NCBI GenBank assembly: GCA_030523265.1
Contig: JAUNIU010000002.1
Span: 1 to 39,471, forward strand
Source: Eubacteriales bacterium
GTDB taxonomy: Bacteria; Bacillota; Clostridia; Lachnospirales; Lachnospiraceae
Direction of reading: 5' to 3'
Length of the DNA: 39,471 bases
The notes below the pieces were generated by a model. That model did no database searches and was not told where the DNA came from. It saw only the letters and a program-made list of their open reading frames with translations. Both the position numbers and the translations under genes were made by a program. Shown piece after piece: positions 32,174 to 39,471 of this stretch; positions within the stretch are counted from its first letter, which is position 1, and each line of letters starts with the position of its first letter.

Positions 32174-33274
32174 TCAGACTACCTTCACCTTAACCTTGGC
32201 CTTCTTGCTTCCCACCTGTACCGTTAAAGTGGTTTTTCCTTTCTTTAACCCTTTCACTTTAATACTACATTTCTTTTTTCCCAGAGATTTCTTCGTTACT
32301 CTGGCGATTTTTTTATCAGAAACCTTTGCTTTGGTAATCTTATCTGTTGTCTTCCGGCTTTTGACTGCCGTAGTAACCTGAAATGTGATGGTTTTTGTTT
32401 TTCCTTTTTTTATCGTTACCTTTTTCTTCGCCGCTTTCAGTTTTTTTACTTTATTGGTCTTCACAGCCGTTGTCTTTTCACCGGCGTCTGTTTTATCATC
32501 CGGTACAGCCGCCGCGCTGACAGCCGGTGTATCGGTGTTACCTGCCGGTCCGTTTCCGTCCGGAGACACGGTTGGCTCTGGGGCAGATGTTGCATCAGAT
32601 GCCGCCGTCGGCGCTGGCGCTGGCGTGTCCTCTATGATTGGTGCGACTGGTGCGGCGATCACCTCGTCTGACTCCTCATAAGCATAGCATGCTTTGAATG
32701 TCACCTTCGTTTTCTTTATATTGGCGATGCCTTCCTGATCGCTTTCTCCTAACTGAAATACTAACTGTACGGAAGCAGTATTAATATCTGCTGCAGAAAT
32801 CGCCCGTCCGATACCGTCTGTCTCACTGGCAAAATCCAGAACCGCTTCATAGGTACCGTCCTGATCGATCGTCACACCCGTTGGCTTACCGGAAGCCCAT
32901 CCGCCGATCCCGGTTGCCCAGGTCAAAGGATATGCCTGATCCAGATCATATCCGGTAATATCAAATACTACTTTTACTTTCGCCGTATCATCCGGTAATT
33001 CTTCCTGGTCAAATATATTTTTCGTTCCGTCAAAAACAGAAAACAGTTTTATCCAATGCTTTCCGTTTCCTTCCTCATAAGAACTGAGTGAGTCGTCATC
33101 CGCAACCCTCGCTAATTCAAAAGAGTTCTCATGATATGTACCATCTTCGTTCTGCGCAAAAGGCACTTCCATCTCCTCTGCCTTTGCATTTTGTACGCCC
33201 GTAACTGCCGATACTGCTAACGCCGTCACAAGCATCCCCGTTATCATCTTTTTTCCAATTTTGTTTAACCGCAT
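32174..33274 (-). CDS. Secreted protein: acidic N-terminal domain, Pro/Ala/Thr linker, basic Ig-like (Big_2-like) C-terminal domain
   Basis: Signal peptide ending AKA; TPAPAPT linker; VTIKKGKTKTI...SDKKIARV...IKVKGLKKGKTTLTV; GGAGG precedes the ATG at 33274. Confidence 0.8.
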   Translation of the reverse strand: MRLNKIGKKMITGMLVTALAVSAVTGVQNAKAEEMEVPFAQNEDGTYHENSFELARVADDDSLSSYEEGNGKHWIKLFSVFDGTKNIFDQEELPDDTAKVKVVFDITGYDLDQAYPLTWATGIGGWASGKPTGVTIDQDGTYEAVLDFASETDGIGRAISAADINTASVQLVFQLGESDQEGIANIKKTKVTFKACYAYEESDEVIAAPVAPIIEDTPAPAPTAASDATSAPEPTVSPDGNGPAGNTDTPAVSAAAVPDDKTDAGEKTTAVKTNKVKKLKAAKKKVTIKKGKTKTITFQVTTAVKSRKTTDKITKAKVSDKKIARVTKKSLGKKKCSIKVKGLKKGKTTLTVQVGSKKAKVKVKVV

Positions 33275-33337
33275 TATGCTAACCTCCATCACTTTTCCTA
33301 TCCACTCCCTGGTATCGCAGAACAAATATAAACACTT

Positions 33338-34165
33338 TTATATCACACTGTTCCGATATTCCAGTGGTGTGACATTTTCATATTTCTTAAACATTTTGCA
33401 GAAATAATTGGTATTCTGAAATCCACATTTTTCGCCTACTTCTTTAATTGAATAATCACTGTAAATCAACAGTTGTCTAGCCATCTCTATCCGTACCTGA
33501 TTCACATATTCCATTGGACGCAGTCCCAGCGTTTCCCTAAAAATACGGCAGATATGCTGGTGCGTTACCGGAACCACCTTACATAAATCATCCAGCGTAA
33601 TCGGATACATAAAATGATTTCCGATGTATTCCTTTAATGCCAGAATTTGATTTTCGTATGGTATATCCTTAGACTCCTCCCGCTGATACAAAGCGGTCTG
33701 ATAGATAAATTCGATAATAAATCCATACACCTCTCCCGCCGCCAGCACATTGCCGTATCCGGGATGTTCAATTAGTTGCATACGCATCCGGTTGAGAATA
33801 CGATCCAGTCCGGATTCATCCTGCAACATAAACACACCGCCATTTTCCAGATGAAATTTGCGGTACAGCTCTGGCAGGGCACTGCCATCTGGCACCATCC
33901 ACCGGACATCCCATACATCGCCATCTGGATAATAACTATGTGGCATGTGCGCCGGGATAAAAAATGCAGATCCCTCTGGGAGATCATAAATCTGCCCATT
34001 CATTTCCAAATGCCCGGAACCATTGGAATTATAAAAAAACTGGTCATATTCATGACCAGCCGGGCGATCGATCCTCGGCTGTAATTCGTGCAGTCCTATA
34101 CTGACCACATACAGGGGCAGATCTGTAACCCCTTCCGTAGACGGATACATATAGTACCATATCAT
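33338..34165 (-). CDS. AraC-family regulator with an N-terminal cupin domain (sugar-responsive type)
   Basis: RPAGHEYDQ...FFIPAHMPHSY cupin; C-terminal HTH GFQNTNYFCKMFKKYENVTPLEYR; AGGAGG RBS. Confidence 0.92.
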   Translation of the reverse strand: MIWYYMYPSTEGVTDLPLYVVSIGLHELQPRIDRPAGHEYDQFFYNSNGSGHLEMNGQIYDLPEGSAFFIPAHMPHSYYPDGDVWDVRWMVPDGSALPELYRKFHLENGGVFMLQDESGLDRILNRMRMQLIEHPGYGNVLAAGEVYGFIIEFIYQTALYQREESKDIPYENQILALKEYIGNHFMYPITLDDLCKVVPVTHQHICRIFRETLGLRPMEYVNQVRIEMARQLLIYSDYSIKEVGEKCGFQNTNYFCKMFKKYENVTPLEYRNSVI

Positions 34166-34202
34166 TTCTGATCCTCCTGTTACACTGTCGCGACTATACT
34201 TA

Positions 34203-34231
34203 TTCTATCATCCGTCTTCTCTGTTTACAAT
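34203..34231 (-). promoter_or_regulatory. Probable SigA promoter of the AraC gene
   Basis: TTGTAA-17 bp-TAGAAT with extended TG on the minus strand. Confidence 0.55.
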
Positions 34232-34280
34232 ATCGCGGAAGCCTTCATATTCATATTGTTCTATGCAATTCATATTGATT

Positions 34281-35012
34281 TTAATAATACTTTTCCTCCT
34301 TTGCACAGCCCACTACAGATTTTCTCCAATAAAAGATATAAGCCGGAAGAATCTGTAAAATAATGCTGTCTACAAATCGTAGATAACGACATGACATACT
34401 AATCAAAGTAGCAATCTTAAAGGTATATGGTATATTGAGACCCTGGTGCAATCCAAGCAGCGCAGATATGCCCCAAATCGCCACACCAATAAATCCCAGG
34501 ACATTCACGATCGTCCAGCATATTATGAGGATCTTTTTTTCGCTTGTAAAGTATAACAATAAATATCCCACCAACGTTGTTATAAGCAATATAATATCTG
34601 CCACTCTTCCCACAGTAAGCAGCAAGACCGGATTGGAAATTATATCCACGATCAAATCCAGTCCAAAAATAAATTCCAGAAACGCAAATGCCAGAATCCA
34701 ATGGTTCTTCCATACACCCATATACATACTGAAAATCATACAAATATTAAACAATATCATCTCCACAACATACAAAGAATACGCCCCGCCCAGACCTTTG
34801 ATGCATGCAATAATATCCGCTGCAGATGCTGCCACCAATATCAGGCATCCTATGATTGCCATTCTCTTTATTGTCTTCACACCTCTGGAATGATCTGATC
34901 CCGAAGACCGTTCCCTTGCCTCTGCAATATAACCACTTTCCATAATTTCCTGATTCAATTCCCTCTCCTCCTCTTCTTTCCAAAGATAATCCGTAGTTAC
35001 CCCCAAAACCAA
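34281..35012 (-). pseudogene. 5'-truncated XRE-HTH plus multi-pass membrane protein
   Basis: Begins VLGVTTDYLW, the typical last motif of an XRE HTH; an in-frame TAA lies at 35019-35021 and there is no SD sequence; about six TM helices follow intact. Confidence 0.7.
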
Positions 35013-35029
35013 CTGGTTTTAGTAATAGC

Positions 35030-35057
35030 ATTATACCATAATAACTAATATTCACAA
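35030..35057 (-). promoter_or_regulatory. Leftward SigA promoter
   Basis: TTGTGA-16 bp-TATAAT with extended TG. Confidence 0.55.
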
Positions 35058-35104
35058 TAACGCAAACAGCTTCCTGCCAGGAGACTAGCTTCTTACTCCG
35101 GGCA

Positions 35105-35138
35105 TTGCGAAATTGGTACATTTTTTTGCGGATTTGGT
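35105..35138. promoter_or_regulatory. Direct repeat pair with a 21-bp period (candidate LytTR site)
   Basis: TTGCGAAATTGGT (35105-35117) and TTGCGGATTTGGT (35126-35138), 11/13 identical. Confidence 0.65.
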
Positions 35139-35151
35139 TTATCCGTTTTCA

Positions 35152-35180
35152 TTGACTCATATATTCTTCTTTGTTATTAT
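35152..35180 (+). promoter_or_regulatory. SigA promoter of the LytTR-kinase operon
   Basis: TTGACT-17 bp-TATTAT with extended TG. Confidence 0.65.
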
Positions 35181-35225
35181 AAAAAATTATAAAAACACCA
35201 AACTGAAAAAAAGGGGGAGACAGCC

Positions 35226-35972
35226 TTGCAAATTGCCTTGTGTGATGACGAAAAAGCATTCCACGAAACAATAAAATTGCTTATCAGTCAATATAAGCAG
35301 ATAAATCCTGACCGCTCTCTTTCCCTGTCCTCTTTTTCCTCCGGGAAAGCACTATTAAACCATGTTGATGAATACGGCGGCTTTGACCTCTATATCCTGG
35401 ACTGTATCATGCCGGAAATGAATGGTATAGAACTTGGGACTGCCCTGCGAAAGCGTGACGATGCAGGTATCCTGCTCTATCTTACCACATCCCCTGATTT
35501 TGCACTGGACTCTTACCGGGTAGATGCCTTTGATTATCTGTTAAAGCCAGTGGACAAAAACCTGTTTTTCCAAAGCCTTGATAAAGCTTACCGCTCTTTT
35601 TCCCAAATCATGCAGGAAGTGGTTTCCGTGAAAACTGCAGACAGCATCCGCATGATTCCCGTTGCTGACATACGGTATGCGGAACGCATTGAGAAACAGA
35701 TATATTATTACATTACAGATAATACGGTTATATCCAGTGTCACATTTAACAGTTCCTTTCAAAACGCTGCGGCAGACCTGTTGTCGCATAAAGGAATGCT
35801 TTTGGTAGGTTCCTCCTATGTGGTAAATTTATACCATGTCACGGAAGTTACAAAATCAGACCTGATCCTGACTGGGAATCTGCATGTTCCGGTTCCCCGC
35901 CGTATGTATGAAGCTGTCAAGAAAGAATGGGCAAGTTTTTGGCTGAATGGAGGCAGATACCATGCTTTTTGA
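35226..35972 (+). CDS. LytTR-family response regulator (AgrA-like)
   Basis: IALCDDE, DLYILDCIMPEMNGIEL (phospho-Asp) and YLLKP receiver motifs; IRYAE...SYVVNL...VPVPRR LytTR domain; TTG start after AAGGGGGAG. Confidence 0.92.
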   Translation: MQIALCDDEKAFHETIKLLISQYKQINPDRSLSLSSFSSGKALLNHVDEYGGFDLYILDCIMPEMNGIELGTALRKRDDAGILLYLTTSPDFALDSYRVDAFDYLLKPVDKNLFFQSLDKAYRSFSQIMQEVVSVKTADSIRMIPVADIRYAERIEKQIYYYITDNTVISSVTFNSSFQNAAADLLSHKGMLLVGSSYVVNLYHVTEVTKSDLILTGNLHVPVPRRMYEAVKKEWASFWLNGGRYHAF

Positions 35973-37254
35973 AGATAATATTATTTTTTTAGTCTTGAAA
36001 GTCATGATTACCTTCACAGGTACGATAGGCATGATGATTTCTACAACCGATTTCAGATTTGCCAAAAGTAAGCCCTTAGGTATTGTAATTTTGGGGAGTT
36101 ATACCTTGTATGTCATCATTTCTACTTATGCCATTATTTATTTCCTGGATTATGAATATTTTCTGCGCGTATTTCTCATTACCATATCCTGCCCCGCAGT
36201 ATTACTGATGCATAATATTTCTAACGAGCCATTCCCACGTCTTGTATTCACTCGTACAACACATATATTGGTTTCCCTGTATATAGCCGCCACCGTCACC
36301 CTGTTAAATACCGCCCTGCATGGCACGGAGCTGTCGGACATTTTACTGCGTCTGCTTGTCTATCTGCTGATCATCCTGTTTGATTTTCACTTTGTGCGGC
36401 GCATCTATCTTGATTCGATCAGCATGGTCCGAAAGGGCTGGGGGGTTCTTTCACTGATTCCCTGTGCTCTTATCATCCTTGCCGTTACACTTGCTTTTTA
36501 TCCAGAGCATTATACGAAACGACCGGAAGGCATTGTGATGATTTATCTGCTTGGTGCTGTCATTGTCATTATTTACGCTGCGATCGGCGGTTATCTATTC
36601 ATGCAGTATCACAGACTGGCAGCGGAACAGAACAGGGAAATTTTGGAATGGCAGGTTCAAAACATACAAAGGGAAACCGCCAATATTGAAACTCTGGCAG
36701 AACAGACAAGAATTATCCGGCACGATACCCGCCACATACTTTCCACGATTGGTTTCCTTGCGGAAAACAAAGATATGCAGGCAATCCTAGATTTTATAAA
36801 GACCACTGCTAAGATTCCTGATATTCCAGAAGCTTTCCATTACTGCAATGACCCCGTTCTGGATGCCACGCTTTCCAGTTATCTTAAGTCTGCAAAAGAA
36901 TCCGGCATTTCACTTGAAACTTCTCTTTCTATTCCAGATAAACTTCCGGTTGACTCTGCCGAACTTGCCATCTGTTTTGCCAATGCTCTGGAAAATGCTA
37001 TAAAGTGCTGCGAAAATCTCCCGGAAAATGAACGGAAAATTATTGTCAAATGTATCTATAAGCCAAAGCTGATGTTCGAGATTGCCAATCCATATAAAGG
37101 CAAAATAACATTTGACAAAAACAATCTTCCAAAATCCTCGGAAAGCAGTTTAAAAATCGGCAGCCGTTCTATTATGGCCTTCTGCGAAAAGCATGATGCC
37201 TTTTATGCATTCACGGCAGAAAACGGCTGGTTTAAGGTTACCGTTGCATTATAG
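35962..37254 (+). CDS. Membrane sensor histidine kinase, AgrC-like GHKL (HK1); H-box intact, G-box degenerate
   Basis: About 6-7 TM helices; RHDTRH H-box; ANALENAI N-box; SSLKIGSRSI at the G-box position; GGAGG precedes the ATG at 35962. Confidence 0.88.
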   Translation: MLFEDNIIFLVLKVMITFTGTIGMMISTTDFRFAKSKPLGIVILGSYTLYVIISTYAIIYFLDYEYFLRVFLITISCPAVLLMHNISNEPFPRLVFTRTTHILVSLYIAATVTLLNTALHGTELSDILLRLLVYLLIILFDFHFVRRIYLDSISMVRKGWGVLSLIPCALIILAVTLAFYPEHYTKRPEGIVMIYLLGAVIVIIYAAIGGYLFMQYHRLAAEQNREILEWQVQNIQRETANIETLAEQTRIIRHDTRHILSTIGFLAENKDMQAILDFIKTTAKIPDIPEAFHYCNDPVLDATLSSYLKSAKESGISLETSLSIPDKLPVDSAELAICFANALENAIKCCENLPENERKIIVKCIYKPKLMFEIANPYKGKITFDKNNLPKSSESSLKIGSRSIMAFCEKHDAFYAFTAENGWFKVTVAL

Positions 37255-37277
37255 GGAATGAAAGAAGGAGAAATACA

Positions 37278-38564
37278 ATGATTTTTGATAATAATACAGC
37301 ATACCAGACTTACCGAATCCTTGTGGCCATATTCTGTACACTGGGCATGTTTGCCTCCACCGCCCCGATGAGGAAAACCCACAAAAGAAATCTGTTTATT
37401 TTGAGTGGGTATGCTGTATATGCAATTGTCATCACTTTCCTCTCCATACGTTTCCTGGGATTTCTGCCCTTTTTACGAAGCGCTGTTTTTACGATTTCCA
37501 TACCCGGAGTTATTATGACTTACATGATTTCAGATACATCCCTCTCAAGACATGTCTTTTGCTGTCTGTCCCAGCTTTTGTTTTCTTTCTATCTGATCAT
37601 AAGTGTGACCCTGCTCAATACATGCTTTGGTGGTACTTTGCTGACAAACGCCATATCAATCCTGCTTGCCTATCTTATTATAATTTTTCTGGAATTTTTC
37701 TTCCTGAGAAACATCTTTTTAAATATCACAAGACCGATAACCAAAGGCTGGGGGATTCTCGCTCTGATTCCCTGTTCCTTTTTTGTTTTTGCTCTGGCGG
37801 TCGCACTCTATCCCGCGCATTATACCCAAAACCCGTCTTTCATCCTATTATTCTACTTATTAGGTGTCGTCATCCTCATTATTTACTATGCGATCTTTCA
37901 ATACTTATGGACACAGTATAAATACCAGATGGAAGAGCAAAACCGGGAAATTCTGGAATTGCAGATACAGACCATAAAAAGCCATGCAAAAGATGCAAAA
38001 AGAAAATCGGAAGAAGTCAGGAAGGTCTGGCAGGACACGCATCACATGCTGTCCGGTATCGCCATGCTTGCAGAAAATGGGGATGCCGAAGCCATCCTCA
38101 AATTTATAGCCGAAGCCTCCGCACGGAACAATAGTACCGATTCTGCCTACTATTGCAGCGATCCCATTTTAAATGCTACGCTCACAAATTATCTTGGCCG
38201 GGCAGAAAACTCCGGTATTACAGTGGAACTCCTTCTCGCCATCCCCGAGATTCTTCCTGTCGATTCCGCCGAGCTTAGCATCTGCTTTGCAAATGCTTTG
38301 GAAAATGCCATAAAAGCCTGTGAGAAGCTCCCGAAGAATGAGAGAAAAATTATTGTCAAATGTATCCATAAACCAACATTCATGTTTGAAATTAAGAATC
38401 CTTATAAGGGGCAGATTACCTTTGGAAGGAACGGACTACCACAATCTCCGAACATCGGTCATGGAATTGGCACACGCTCTATTATGGCTTTCTGTGAAAA
38501 ACATAATGCCCTTTATGCTTTTACCACGGAAGGCGGCTGGTTTAAAATAATGGTTACTCTGTAA
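37278..38564 (+). CDS. Membrane sensor histidine kinase, AgrC-like GHKL (HK2); H-box His->Gln, G-box intact
   Basis: About 6-7 TM helices; WQDTHH at the H-box; ANALENAI; GHGIGTRSI; AAGGAG RBS; clear paralogue of HK1. Confidence 0.88.
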   Translation: MIFDNNTAYQTYRILVAIFCTLGMFASTAPMRKTHKRNLFILSGYAVYAIVITFLSIRFLGFLPFLRSAVFTISIPGVIMTYMISDTSLSRHVFCCLSQLLFSFYLIISVTLLNTCFGGTLLTNAISILLAYLIIIFLEFFFLRNIFLNITRPITKGWGILALIPCSFFVFALAVALYPAHYTQNPSFILLFYLLGVVILIIYYAIFQYLWTQYKYQMEEQNREILELQIQTIKSHAKDAKRKSEEVRKVWQDTHHMLSGIAMLAENGDAEAILKFIAEASARNNSTDSAYYCSDPILNATLTNYLGRAENSGITVELLLAIPEILPVDSAELSICFANALENAIKACEKLPKNERKIIVKCIHKPTFMFEIKNPYKGQITFGRNGLPQSPNIGHGIGTRSIMAFCEKHNALYAFTTEGGWFKIMVTL

Positions 38565-38685
38565 TCGTAGACTGATCCAGCCTAAACCAATCCGCCAGTG
38601 TCAGACTTACAATCTTTTCCACTACGCGCCCGTAAAGTTGATAACCTGCCAGCAAAATCAACAGTGCAATCATAAATGTAACCAT
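38554..38685 (-). pseudogene. 5' remnant of a carbon starvation protein A (CstA)-family gene
   Basis: Not in the ORF track. AGGAGG RBS, then a 43-aa ORF MVTFMIALLILLAGYQLYGRVVEKIV|SLTLADWFRLDQSTITE*; the first ~26 aa fit the CstA N-terminal pattern (GYxxYGxxVEK). Confidence 0.65.
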
Positions 38686-38712
38686 CTCAAAATGCCTCCT
38701 GAATTTTTTCGC

Positions 38713-39471
38713 TTATTTAACCGTAATCCGTCCCTGCGTTCCGGCATACTCATTTCCCACCGCAGCGTCAAGATAATCCGTGAGATATGTCATAAGTATC
38801 TGATAATCCACCATGCCCCCGTCCACAATCAATTTATTGTCCATAAACATGTTCAGCCCATCCCCGCCATCTTTTATCAGATAATTGTGGGATGCTACTG
38901 TATAAATCTTATCCGTATCCAAATTTATATAGCTGCCATTTTCCTGTAACACCTTTACATCCTTTACTCGCCGTTTTTTTCCACAGGATAGGAAGCCCCC
39001 CTGCTCATCCACTTCTACCGTGGATTCCACACTGGTATCAATCGTATATTTCAGACCCGACACTTGCAGGAACCCGCCATTTTCGCCTACTGCATTCTCA
39101 CCATCACTTTCCTCTGAAAGGGTCAGACGGCTCGCCATCTCCAAAGCATCCAATATCTCCTGTCCGGTAGCTTCTGCCACACAGAGCGTATTCCCATACG
39201 GATGTACACTAAGGATATCCCCATAGGTAATATCTCCGACTTCTATGTCTGCCCGGATGCCACCACCATTTACAAGGGCAATATCCGCATCTGCTACAGT
39301 CCGGTAGGCATCCGCACAGAAATCTCCCAGATTCGTTTCCCTGTTTCTGACCAGACGCACACCGGAATCAGAACTTATCGTAAGCGGCACATTAGCTACA
39401 GCAATACTTTTTTCCAGTTGGGATTCATACTCCTCTTCCATGCTATCTATATAACTTAACACTTCGCTGTC
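38713..39471 (-). CDS. 3' part of a 5'-nucleotidase / bifunctional metallophosphatase (gene enters from the right edge)
   Basis: The frame is open from 39471; VRNRETNLGDFCADAYR, VNGGGIRADI, HPYGNT, GGFLQVSGLKY and YLIKDGGDG are 5'-nucleotidase C-domain motifs. Confidence 0.9.
   Translation of the reverse strand, partial: DSEVLSYIDSMEEEYESQLEKSIAVANVPLTISSDSGVRLVRNRETNLGDFCADAYRTVADADIALVNGGGIRADIEVGDITYGDILSVHPYGNTLCVAEATGQEILDALEMASRLTLSEESDGENAVGENGGFLQVSGLKYTIDTSVESTVEVDEQGGFLSCGKKRRVKDVKVLQENGSYINLDTDKIYTVASHNYLIKDGGDGLNMFMDNKLIVDGGMVDYQILMTYLTDYLDAAVGNEYAGTQGRITVK

Noticed and set aside
34244-34277. TTCATATTG direct repeats upstream of the AraC promoter
   Set aside because: AT-rich, with a 19-bp period off helical phase; may be an AraC site but too weak to call.
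34747-35121. 124-aa minus-strand ORF as a possible AgrD precursor or the missing 5' end of the XRE gene
   Set aside because: No SD sequence, no AgrD-like Cys-ring plus Pro/charged tail pattern, and no HTH similarity; it runs through promoter elements, so a simple frameshift does not restore the XRE domain.

Overview
A gene-dense chromosomal window, almost entirely on the minus strand, from a low-GC Firmicute; gene content and SigA-type promoters suggest a Lachnospiraceae-like gut anaerobe (inference). Left to right it holds: the partial 5' end of a CbiT-like gene; a sulfonate/nitrate-type ABC importer; a divergent LacI regulator and HAD hydrolase; an amino-acid uptake operon (fused SBP-permease, GlnQ-like ATPase, NSS symporter); a short cis-prenyltransferase; phosphoketolase, an AAA ATPase and class III FBPase; a secreted beta-helix protein; a membrane-anchored MerR regulator; a ZIP transporter; a pair of ABC exporters; an ArsC/Spx-like protein; a zinc-ribbon protein; AraC-GyrI and WYL regulators; three secreted Lys-rich proteins including a GH2 beta-galactosidase; an AraC regulator; a 5'-truncated XRE-membrane gene; a LytTR regulator with two AgrC-like kinases; a cstA remnant; and the 3' part of a 5'-nucleotidase. 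I saw no rRNA, tRNA, CRISPR array or transposase. The most striking observation is the tandem kinase pair with reciprocal defects. HK1 keeps the phospho-His but has a degenerate G-box, while HK2 has His->Gln but an intact GHGIG box, which suggests a complementary 'split' kinase. Paired 21-bp-spaced LytTR-type boxes occur at this locus and upstream of the ABC exporter pair. Also notable are a LexA box over the WYL regulator promoter, a textbook MerR promoter, two long G-U-rich RNA hairpins and several deletion scars. All family calls come from motif recognition by eye; no database searches were run.
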